Source of the DNA: Macrostomum hystrix
Taxonomy: Eukaryota > Animalia > Platyhelminthes
Assembly (NCBI GenBank): GCA_950097015.1
Contig: CATNEN010000001.1
Coordinates: 21,142,001-21,206,000 of the forward strand
Length of the DNA stretch: 64,000 nucleotides
Direction of reading: 5' to 3'
This document shows, in pieces, positions 22,301 to 34,300 of this stretch. The notes under the pieces were generated by a model, which searched no databases, had not been told where the DNA came from, and saw only the letters and a list, made by a program, of their open reading frames with translations. The stretch's first letter is position 1; every line of letters begins with the position of its first letter. A program made the translations under genes and the position numbers.

Positions 22301-25300
22301 CAATATTAATTGATTTTATTGGAAAGCACCTAACAGCAGTTTTTCCAGGGCCCCAGACAGAATAGAACGAGCGCCCCGCCCATCCCTGTTAAATACTGAA
22401 GTTTCTGTGCCAAGCCTGGTTTTCTCTAACTAGGGAATAGAGAGGGAACTCCCCTCTCGGCTCCCAGTAACTTCCCTCGAAATCGCTAGAATTTATAACT
22501 CATAAATTCCAAATCTAGTCTCACCCTTAAGTATCTAGTCCCATCCCTTACGTATATATTCTCACCTTTCGGTATCTAGTCTCACCCTTTCGGTATCTAG
22601 TCTCACCCTTTCGGTATCTAGTCTCACCCTTTCGGCATCCAGTACCACTGTCTCTAGCGCCCTCACTGTCAAACATTTTGCAGGCATCACCACGGTCCTG
22701 ACGATGACAACGCTGATATCGTCAACCAACGCGGCGCTGCCAAAGATCAGCTACCTGAAGTCCATCGATGTGTTCCTAGTCACCTGCTTCTTTATGGTTT
22801 TCGCCTCGCTGCTTGAGTACGCCGCGGTCAGCTACATTGCCAAGCGAACCGCCGACCTCGAAAAGTCTCCGAGAAGACAGCAGGAGCAGCAGCAGCAGCA
22901 GCAGCAGCCGGTAAACAATCAGCACACACCGCCAGTGCTCAGCAACATCGTGCACGCCCAGTTCGACATGATTGACGACGATTCGGCGAGTCAGGGCAAT
23001 CCGCTGACGGATTCTGCAGCTTCGGCGAGTTTCCCTCTGATCGGCAGGCCCGGGACGGTCTGTCATCCGGCAGCCAGCAGCTCCACCACAGCCTCTGCCG
23101 CTTCAGCCGCCACCAGCAGCCTAAAGAGGCGACTCTCGCCGACTCTGCAGCAGCAGCAGCAGCAGCAGCAGCATCATAGGCTGAACTGCAACTCAAGCTT
23201 TCGAGTTGGACACCAAGAAGAGACCCCGTTCCTATCGCAGGCGGTGAGTTATTTGAGAATTCTGAACCTATTTGAGCAGCTATTTTCTTTGCTGTAAAGA
23301 ATAATCTTATCTGCGAGTACTGCATACACTCCGCTTTTCGCTCTTCTTCTTTACAGCAAGCCAAGACGAAAAACTTGGTTTGTTAACCTTAACACTCCAG
23401 AAGCCAGTTCCAAAAACAAAATTCTTAATTCGCATTATATCAATTGTGTAAGGGCTGCGGGAACTCACACATCATTTGGTGACGCTGGACCCGCAGCCAG
23501 CCAGGAGGCAATTCTGCCGATTCCGCTGACTCCTGAGCACACACGCACACAAGGTGTCAGTGATCATTGTCAGACAGTGTACACTCTCACTGTGCTTTGG
23601 AGGTTGGCCCTGAAGTGCGTAAATTGCACGACAAGCCCCCCAGCCTTCTCTCCGCGGCTGCGTACTTAAAATTAATGTGACCTCGCCGCAGGAATCGAAC
23701 TCAGGGACCTCGGTGCCAGAAGCAAACATTTTTGAGCACTGTGCCACTGTGCCGCAATGGGCAGCCTGGATGAATGATGTGTCAGTGAATGATTGATGTG
23801 TCAGTGAATGATTGCTGTGTCAGTGAATGATTGATGTGTCAGTGAATGGTTGATGTGTCAGTGAATGATTGATGTTTCAGTGAATGATTGATGTGTCAGT
23901 GAATGATTGATGTTTCAGTGAATGATTGATGTTTCAGTGAATGATTGATGTGTCAGTGAATGATTGATGTGTCAGTGAATTATTGATGTGTCAGTGAATG
24001 ATTGATGTGTCAGTGAATGATTGATGTGTCAGTGAATGATTGATGTTTCAGTGAATGAATGATGTGTCAGTGAATGATTGATGTGTTAGTGAATGATTGA
24101 TGTGTCAGTGAATAATTGATGTGTTAGTGAATGATTGATGTGTCAGTGAATAATTGATGTGTCAGTGAATGATTAATGTGTCAGTGAATGATTGATGTGT
24201 CAGTGAATGATTGATGTTTCAGTGAATAATAGATGTGTCAGTGAATGATTGATGTGTCAGTGAATGATTGATGTGTCAGTGAATGATTGATGTGTCAGTG
24301 AATGATTGATGTTTCAGTGAATGATTGATGTTTCAGTGAATGATTGATGTTTCAGTGAATGATTGATATGTCAGTGAATGATTGATGTGTCAGTGAATAA
24401 TTGATGTGTCAGTGAATGATTGATGTGTCAGTGAATGATTGATGTTTCAGTGAATGATTGATGTTTCAGTAAATGATTGATGTTTCAGTGAATGATTGAT
24501 GTTTCAGTGAATGATTGATGTTTCAGTGAATGATTGATGTTTCAGTGAATGATTGATGTTTCAGTGAATGATTGATGTGTCTGTGAATAATTGATGTGTC
24601 AGTGAACGATTGATGTGTCAGTGAATAATTGATGTGTCAGTTAATGATTGATGTGTCAGTGAATGATTGATGTGTCAGTGAATGATTGATGTGTCAGTGA
24701 ATGATTGATGTTTCAGTGAATGATTGATGTTTCAGTAAATGATTGATGTTTCAGTGAATGATTGATGTTTCAGTGAATGATTGATGTCTCAGTGAATGAT
24801 TGATGTGTCTGTGAATAATTGATGTGTCAGTGAACGATTGATGTGTCAGTGAATAATTGATGTGTCAGTTAATGATTGATGTGTCAGTGAATGATTGATG
24901 TGTCAGTGAATGATTGATGTGTCAGTGAATGATTGATGTGTCAGTTAATGATTGATGTGTCAGTGAACGATTGATGTGTCAGTGAACGATTGATGTTTCA
25001 GTGAATGATTGATGTTTCAGTGAATGATTGATGTTTCAGTGAATGATTGATGTTTCAGTGAATGATTGATGTGTCTGTGAATAATTGATGTGTCAGTGAA
25101 CGATTGATGTGTCAGTGAACGATTGATGTGTCAGTGAATAATTGATGTGTCAGTTAATGATTGATGTGTCAGTTAATGATTGATGTGTCAGTGAATGATT
25201 GATGTGTCAGTGAATAATTGATGTGTCAGTGAATGATTGATGTGTCAGTTAATAATTGATGTGTCAGTTAATGATTGATGTGTCAGTGAATGATTGATGT

Positions 25301-28300
25301 GTCAGTGAATAATTGATGTGTCAGTGAATGATTGATGTGTCAGTTAATGATTGATGTGTCAGTGAATGATTGATGTATCAGTGAATGATTGATGTGTTAG
25401 TGAATGATTGATGTGTCAGTGAATGATTGATGTGTCAGTGAACGATTGATGTGTCAGTGAACGATTGATGTGTCAGTGAATAATTGATGTGTCAGTTAAT
25501 GATTGATGTGTCAGTTAATGATTGATGTGTCAGTGAATGATTGATGTGTCAGTGAATAATTGATGTGTCAGTTAATGATTGATGTGTCAGTGAATGATTA
25601 ATGTGTCAGTGAATGATTGATGTGTCAGTGAATGATTGATGTGTCAGTGAATAATTGATGTGTCAGTGAATGATTGATGTGTCAGTGAATGATTGATGTT
25701 TCAGTGAATGATTGATGTTTCAGTAAATGATTGATGTTTCAGTGAATGATTGATGTTTCAGTGAATGATTGATGTTTCAGTGAATGATTGATGTGTCAGT
25801 GAATGATTGATGTGTCAGTGAATGATTGATGTTTCAGTGAATGATTGATGTTTCAGTGAATGATTGATGTTTCAGTGAATGATTGATGTGTCAGTGAATG
25901 ATTGATGTTTCAGTGAATGATTGATGTGTCAGTGAATGATTGATGTGTCAGTGAATAATTGATGTGTCAGTGAATGATTGATGTGTCAGTGAAGGCTTTA
26001 GACTGGCAGAGAATTTGCTTTTAAGATGCGGCAAAGGAATATTCTTCAAGAAGCGTCACTGACTCTGAACTTGTTTAGTCGTTTGCAAAACACGATTTAA
26101 AAATAGATTGTCCAGTTTTTGTAGGTTTTATTATTTCATCAGCAAATATTTCCGAATATTCAAAAACAGCATCTGCGAAACAGAGAAAAATTAGTATTTT
26201 TCATATCACGGTCATTCAAAGTAAAAATCAGAGCAATTCGGCATTCTCGATGGGTGTTTAAAAACGGTTGAAATAAAAAAACAGAATTAAGGAGCAAGGA
26301 CAGATAAAAAGCGGAACAATCAACAACAAACAATTAGAGTGCTAATTGGATTATAAAATCAAAAAATCAATAATTGTAATAAATATTTAAATCTGATTAA
26401 AATCAACAAACAGAATGCAAGCCAACAACCAGCGGGTGGATGCTAGATAGACAAGACGGGCAGGAAAAGCCGGTTAAAGCAGAAAAAACTGGCTTAGACA
26501 AGACTGCCTGATGGCACAGAGTTTGGCGCGTCGTTTGGAGCGACGTTTGGCGCGGTGGTTGGCGCGGCCGTTGGCGCGGCCGTTGGCGCCTCGTTCGGAG
26601 CGGCGCCGGGAGCCTCGCCAGGTGCAGCAGTTGGCGCGGCGTTTGGCGCCTCGTTCGGAGCGCTGACGGGTGCAACCAGAGCCGACTCAACCAGAGTGCT
26701 GCCCATGACGACGTTCGACGGCGCAACAGCCGAAGCTCGCCGATTTGTTGCTGACGAAGCCCGGCGACTCTCCGGCGGCTGCGGCAGGCGCGGCACGTCG
26801 GTGCTGGGTAGTCGGGACCGACTGCCGGCGGCCGCCACCGTCGAGATCCGGCTGGTTCTGCGACTGTTGGCATTGGCGTCGGCGTTGCTGATTTCGATTC
26901 TGACAGTGTTCGCTGGCGCCGGCCTGACCTGACTGGCGTCGCCCTCTTCGGCGCACTTCAGGCTGCGTCGCTGACTGTTGGTGGAGCCCTGCTGCTGCAG
27001 AGGGCGCGCCCGGATCCTGTTGTTGCGCCTGATGCGGATGAGGCGGACTATCAGCAAGCTGGACAGCAGCAGCAAAAGGAAGCTGGCAACTCCGAGGATG
27101 CAGTAGATGGCCACAGGCACTCCTGGCTGCTCGATGCGGTCGAGTTTGGGTTCGCGACCCTCGGCAATGGGAGCTGTGGACGTGAAGGAGCCGTCCCTGT
27201 CGAGCTGCAGGCCGTGAAACGGACTGTCTGTTGAGAACAGAGCCTCGGTGTGCTGCTCAATGTGGATGGCAACCTGACTGGGGCTGAACAGTCTGGGGTA
27301 GATTCGGTAGTTGATGAACACTAGGATGGAGCCGCTGTAGAATCGGATGTCCTTCACTTGGCCGCTGAACAGGTGGGCCACTGAGCGCAGGTAGAGAGCC
27401 AGAGACCGCTTGATAGCGCCGCTACTGTCTAGGTAGAGTTTGGAGCTGGAGTTGCTTAGGTCCTGAGGAAAGCCGGCAGATCCAAACTTCAGCAGCTGGT
27501 AGATGGGCACAGGCAGGATTGGCGACACCTCGCCTGTGGCGAAGGTCCGCCCGGGGACGTCAGCGTAGGCGTTCAACGAGTTAGCGAGCTGGTCGATGGT
27601 GTCCGCGGCCTCGGCCGGGTTGTAGGGCTGGCTGGAGTTGTGCAGAGTGAAGTAGGCAGTGGCGGTGGTGGCGGGAATGCGCCTGAAGGACAGCGGATGC
27701 GGCGACATGGAGCCGCGCGAGGTCACCCTGGCGGCGCAGGAGTCGTCGACGAAGCGAAGCCGGGCGCTGCCGCGCTGACGGAAGGCTGAGGCCAGCAGTA
27801 GGCAGAGAAAGTCGCTGGTGAGCTGGTCGGTGGATTCCAGGCTGCTGTCATCGACTCGTCCGCTGTCCACCAGGTAGACAGGCTGTTGAAGGGCCACGCC
27901 GGTGTGCATGAGGTCCAGGTGGTGCTGGTCGTAGTGCCGTGGCTCGTGATCAAAGTCCTGCAGCGGCAGGGTGAGGTTCTGCTCGAGCAGCCCGGTGGCT
28001 TTGCCCAGTTCGGCGCGCAGATCTTGCGGCGTGGCTGCTTCTCCTCGACTTGGCGGCGACTTGGACGACAGCGTGGCAAGGACTGTCACCAGCTGGTGAT
28101 GCTGGCCGAAAGCTCCGGTGCCCAGGCGCTTCCAGCGCATCAGGCGCAGCTGGGCGATGCTGATTGGTCGGGCGGCGCGGCCGAGCAGATGCTTGAGGTG
28201 GCGCCGAGCTCCGGCTGCCAGGGCGTAGCCGTGCAGCGAGCCAACGCTGTCCTCCGCGTACTCGAATGTGGCCTGAATGTCCAGCCAGTCCACGGTGCCA

Positions 28301-31300
28301 GCAGGTAGTCCGGTACGCTTAGCCAGTATTCGGAGGTCGGTGCCATTGTTGGCCAGCTGGGCAGGCAGGACGTGCTCATCGTTGACTAGACCTCTCAGCT
28401 GAGCAATCGCGTGACGTCGTATAGCGGCCTCTTGAACATCGGCGCTAGACAGCAGACGGGCCAGCAGGAAGGTGACCACAGTGGAGTTGCGACCGTAGCA
28501 CTCAAAGTCGAAGCCCGCCAGGCTGAGGTTGCCGCCGCCGCCGCCTGGATACAGCCGGCCCAGGATGAACTGCAGTCGGTGCCGCATGAGCTGGTTGAGA
28601 TCGTCATGGTTGAGCTTGCGCATTGTGTCCTTGCCAACAAAGCCGTCAAACTGCAGACGGTGGTAGACTAGCAGGCCGACTGTCTCGTTGAAGGCGTCGC
28701 TGCTAGCGATCGGTCGGATGTCCTGGTCGCGGGCCATGCACAGGGAGCAGCCGGCCAGTTCGCGGTTGACGGAGACCCAGGCGGAGGCGAAGCTGTCCAT
28801 CATGAACTGCTGGGTGACGCCAGCTGGCAGAGGGTAGCGAATGCACAGTGTCACGGAGCTGTTGTCGGATCGCAGCCACATCAACTTGGGCCAGTCCGCG
28901 GAGATGCTGCCGTTGCGACCGTTAGTCTCGGCCCAGCGGCGCATGGCCAGATTGAGCAGCTGCTCAGTAAGGAAGGCCAGCAGTGGGTCCGGCCGCAGCG
29001 GGATGTCTCTGAACCGGAGGAAGATTGGAAGCGATGCGGTTGCAAACAGCTGCAGGCGGTGCTCGACAAAAGCAGCGTTGGAGCCGGCTGCGGCGCTTGC
29101 CGAACGGCGCCGTCTGGTCTTAACGGCATTTGGCTTCGTCCCAGAAGCTGACGATGGCGCCGGCGTGGTCGGATTGGCCAGCTGAGTTGGCGACTGCTCA
29201 AACTCCGGCAAGGCGATCACATACGGCCGCTTGGTGAAGAGGAGCGCAGCCAGAGGCCAGGAGGCGATGGAGTCGGCAACGGCTGCCCGCAGCTGGTCGC
29301 TCGAGGCGACAGCGGAGGCGGGAGCGAACCGGGCCAGAACCAGGCCGAATCCCAGCTCGCTGGTCATGTTGAAGAGGCCGCCAGTGACATTGATTGCAGC
29401 TGTTGAACTAAGAGAGAAGTCAGCCAGTCGGCTAGCGTTCACAACAGTGAGGTGGTTGGCCAGCTTGGAGAGTGCAGCGTTGGCGGACAGAGAGCTGCGC
29501 AGCAGTGACTGTGCGAGCAGCAGAGCCATGGGATTGTCAGGCTCGGCCAGGTAATCAGATGTGATATTGCTAAGTGGGAACTGCAGCAGCAAGTTGTAGT
29601 AGAGGATGGCGGCTGGTCCTGCTGTGGTGCCACTGCTGCGAGTCGGCGGTGGTGGCCGGGTTGTTGAGTTAGCGTGCCCGGCTGTGTGCAGCTGGACTTC
29701 ATTGGACAGCACGATCTCGCCAGAGTTGAAGTAGAAGTTCTTGACGTTCAGGGCGCCGATGACGGCTCTGATAGCCGAGGCCAAGATGTCGGCATTCTCA
29801 GTCTGCGAAGCCACCCTGGCCGAGATGTTGAGCTGGAGGGCCGGCAGGGACAGCAGCGGCTGCCGGCTAATTTGAATAGAAGACACGGCGGTAGTGGCCG
29901 AGCAGCTGTGAGGAACTACGTAGAGCGCGAACCAGTGCGCGGACTCCAGGGCGCTCTGGTACAGGAAGCAGGCGTAGTTAGATATCTTATCAGCGTCCGG
30001 CTGCGTGAGCGAATCGGCGCTGCCAACGAAGGTGACGGTGTGATTGAGTGAGATTGAGTTGGTGGAGCTGGGCCTGGGCACTAAGCTGGGCGCAGAGTTG
30101 AACGGCTTGACCACGGCGCGAGTGGTCAGCCGCGGCTCGGAGGAGGCGGCCTTCGTTAGGATGCTGGTGGCCTCGGCGAATGGCAGCGAGTGGGCGGAGC
30201 TGAGCGTGACCAGGGCCTGAACTTCGAGCTGCTTTGGCGCGGAGCCCGCACTCGGGATGGACTGCAGCACAGCCAGGCGTTCCAGCTGAGTGTGCCGCGG
30301 TAGCTTCGGCGATATCAGCTGGCTCAGGTAGGCAGCCAGTTGGAATGCTTGACTGGGCAGGCTGGTGCCGTCAATGGCAAAAGTGTAGACCAGGTCGCAC
30401 CAGTACGGATGACTGAGGTCTTCCTTCAGATCGAGCACGCGAACGTCGGTGCGGCCGTTGTTGAAAAAGCTGGGCACCACTGTGACATCGTTGGCCAGCT
30501 CCTCGAGTCGCTGCTTGACGTGCAGCTGAATGCGCTGTTGCAGCTTGTACAGGCTGTAGCCGGGCGGGATGGACACCCGGGTGAGGGCGAGGATGTCCAG
30601 GGCACCGTTGTTCTTCGCGAACGTGACTTCAACGTCCAAGTAGCCCGGCGTGGAGGCGCTGCCGCTAGGAAACACCTTCTGCATGACGTACTTGATCTTT
30701 GGCTCCAACGTCAGGGCCAGGAATTCGGATGGCAGTGACATCAGCGACTTTTTGCTGATGTAACTCTCTAGGCGGAGCATCTGGTAGAGCAGCAGGCCGC
30801 GATTCTGCTGTGGTGGAACAGCCCTAATATCCAGGTAGAGAATATCCCGCAGCTGAGCAGTGCTATCTAATCGTTGCCAGGAGGCGGCAAAGTCGGTAGT
30901 GAGCTGCTGGAGGCTGGCGGGCTGCTGAATCTCGTAGCGCAGATGAAGCCAGGCCAGATGACTGTCAGACTTGTACTGCACGAGCTGCGGTCGGCTAATT
31001 AGTTGGTGAGGCCGGCTGGCGTCAATCACCAGCTGCTGCATCAGGAAGTCGAGGAGCAAGTCGTTAGACCGGGTGTCGCTGGAATAAGTGGCTGAGTCGC
31101 GTATTCTAAGAAAATCTGGCGCGCCATCGGTCAGGCGAACCAGTATTCGATGCTCGACGGACTGTCTCAAAGTAGATCCGGTGGCGGCTGACGGAGTTCG
31201 ATGCAACCAGCGTCGCGCTGGCAGATTAGCAAAGGAGGCAGAGTAGGTGCGCTTTGAGAACACTGTGCTCAGCAGCATTGACTGGTCCACAACAGTGCGC

Positions 31301-34300
31301 AGTTCGGACTCCAGATTAGCCGAGTTGCGATCTACCGTCAGCAGGAGCTCAATGAAGACGCTCACAGTGAGCTGGCTGGTGTCAACGCTCACTCTGGTTG
31401 ACAGGATGTCGTCAGGAGCCACCTGCCAAGCTGATTTGAGCAGACTCTGAGCCAGGGCTGATTTCATGAGGTAGTGAAGCAGAGCTGAGTCCGAGTAGAA
31501 GTAGCGACCCTGACGGGGATCCGCCGGAATGCCCAGCGAGATGACCAGGCTGGCCATTCGATCAGCGGCTATGTAGTAGGGACCAACTGGCGATGTGGGC
31601 GGCTGCGCAGTCGTGGGCGTCTTCACGGATGTTGGAGGCGCAACAGAAGTCGGCACACTGACATTTGGGGCCGCTGTTGCCGCTGAAGCTGTCGCAGGCA
31701 TCGCCCTGGTTGCAGTAGCGAACGCAGTCGAAGCTGGTGTTGTCAAGGTGACAGCAACCGTTGCAGGTCTCATTGTGGTGATGTTGGCCATCGGATGCGG
31801 CGGAGGCGGAGGCAGCTGGCTGGTGATGAGGCTGACATAAAAGTCGCCACCGGTGGCATTATGAGCGCCAGTCGAGTAAAGATCGATAAAGGTCTCATTG
31901 GAGGTCAGGTAGAAGTTCTTCAACCTCCAGAACAGCTGCATGACACCATTCGGCGGCGTGTCGGTGAAGGCAGACACGGTTGAGAGGCGCATAGCCGGCG
32001 TGGTGACATCGGACAGCGGATTGAGCCGAACCCGGTGCGGCTCCGCCAGGTTCGAGACGCAGACCCCGGAGCCACGGTTGCTATTGAAGAGCGAGTGAGC
32101 CCACATAGTCAGGAAACAGAAATAGTCGCCAAGGCTGTCTGCATTGTCAGTTGGCTTGCTTAGCGAATGGTAGGACGGCAGCAGGGCGATGTGGCGCACC
32201 AACACTTTCTGGTTGTTCAAAACGCTGTCCAATGCCGTCAGGACGTTGTCTGAGATTGAACGAGCGGCCACCAGTCGATTATTCGCCGATGAGGAAGTCG
32301 AAGCCTTGAGCAGAAGCTGAGCAGTCTCGGAACAGCTGTTCTTCCGCGGCACAGTCACCAGAGCGTTGATGTTGGAGGCCGGATCCGGTGACAGCGACAA
32401 CACCGACACGCGGCTAGCGTTGCCACCGAGGCTGGCAGTTAGACGATCGGCCACGGGCAGCCAGGAGGCATCGACCGCGGCAACAGCGATGTCATTAGGC
32501 GCAGGCCGGAACTGGAGCAGGAGTTCGCAGGTTGGGAAGTCTGCCAAACCGGCTTGACTGTCCAGTAGGCGCAGAATGGTCTGCCTGCTGTCGATGGTCA
32601 TTGGGATAACATCAACATTGTTATGCAGGGCCTCTAGCTCAGTGTCGATCAGCTTCTTCAGGGTGTCTTCGTTGAAACTGGCGGCAGCCGTGGTGCCAGT
32701 CGGCCAGGTGATTCGGCTCAGAGCGTCGACGCGAATGCTGGCGTCGGGACGTCGCTGGGCGAGGTACTCGAAGCTGAGCAGTTCGGGCCGGCCAGCCTGG
32801 CCGTTGAAGATGGCGGACTGGACGAAGCGTAGCTTGCGGGAGAGCTGGCGCTGCAGATCGCTCTCTGGCATGGACTGCGGAGTGAGCGAGTGGGATAGGG
32901 AGAATGCTGCTCATTGGCTGCTATTTTTAGCATAAATCAATCGATTTCTAAGAATGACCAATTTATTGCTAGGAATAATCTGTCGCATATGTAATTCTAA
33001 GAATGGCCGATAACTAGTTTTTTCTAAGGAATTCTATTTTATGTCTAAGAAAGACCAAATTTTGTTTCCCGTAATTACCAAAATTAGATTTCTTGGAGTG
33101 GCCAAATTCGGTTTCAAGCAATGACCAAAATTAGCTTTCTAGGAAAGACCAAAATTAGTTTTCTAGGAAAGACCAAAATTAGATTTTTAGGAAAGACCAA
33201 AATTTCATTTCTAGGAAAGACCAAAATTAGATTTTTAGGAATGAACAAAACTTGATTTCTTGGAATCACTGAATTTAATTTCCAAGACTAATCTAAAAAA
33301 ATTTTAGAATGACATATTGACTTAAAAGAATAACCGATTGATTTTCTGACCTCGAATCGAAGAGATGGCTTGGGGTACTGCCTGACGACGAGAGAGTCAG
33401 GGCAGGTGTACACACCTGTGTGAGTGTGTGCCTGCTTACAGTATCTTTGTGCATGTGTGCTAAGGAGACAGCGCAATGGGCAAAACTGCCTCTCGCAGGC
33501 TGCGGGTCCAGTGTCACCAACTGATTTGACCACATCGATTCAACTTTGAAACGAAGCTGAGACTTCAGACTCTAAAAATCTGTGTTCTTAGATTTTGCTA
33601 GTTTGATAAAGAGGATCAGGCAGCAACAGGGTGCAGCTATTCACCTGCAGAGTGGCATTGCTGACGAATTTGTACACATAGTAGGTCTGCAGCATCAGGC
33701 AGCTATCGTAGGCCGACGCAGCCGCCGCAGCTGGCGCATTTCTCACGGGCTGCACTCGCAGATCGGACAGTCGAATAAAGCCGGCCAGAGGAAACCGGTC
33801 GGCCGATGCGGACACCTCGGCGGACAGCGAGCCAACGGCCGAGCGGTCAAGATCTACGGCCGCGTCGATGCGCCCGAAGCCGGAGTCGGACTTGTAAGCC
33901 GTCACCCGTGGCCAAGAAAGCAGCCGAGCTCCCAGCAGGTCAACCAGCAGCTGCTCCAGCAGGTAGCGCAGCGGGTCAGATTCGCTAGTTGGCGGATCCG
34001 ATGGCAGGCTGCGATAGGCTAGCGGGGCCGAGACATTCACGGACACGAGGCGCCACATAATCGTCAGGCGGACTTGCGACACAACGCCGCCGGTCATCGA
34101 AGGCGGTGGCCGATTGAAATAGGGCGAAGTGACGTAGCGGTAGATTATAGAGGAGGCCGGGATCTCCTGCGGAGACCGCGAGGGCACAATGCCCGCCTTG
34201 ATGTTGGCCGGGCGAAGCAGAGGATCTGGCGACAGTCTGGCTAACAGTGTGGCTAGCGGAATGTAGTGAACTCCGGCTGTTGACGATGCGTTGCCAACGC

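Noticed and set aside
23680-23756. tRNA gene
   Set aside because: A/B boxes are present but there is no complete cloverleaf, and it continues into a repeated SINE body.
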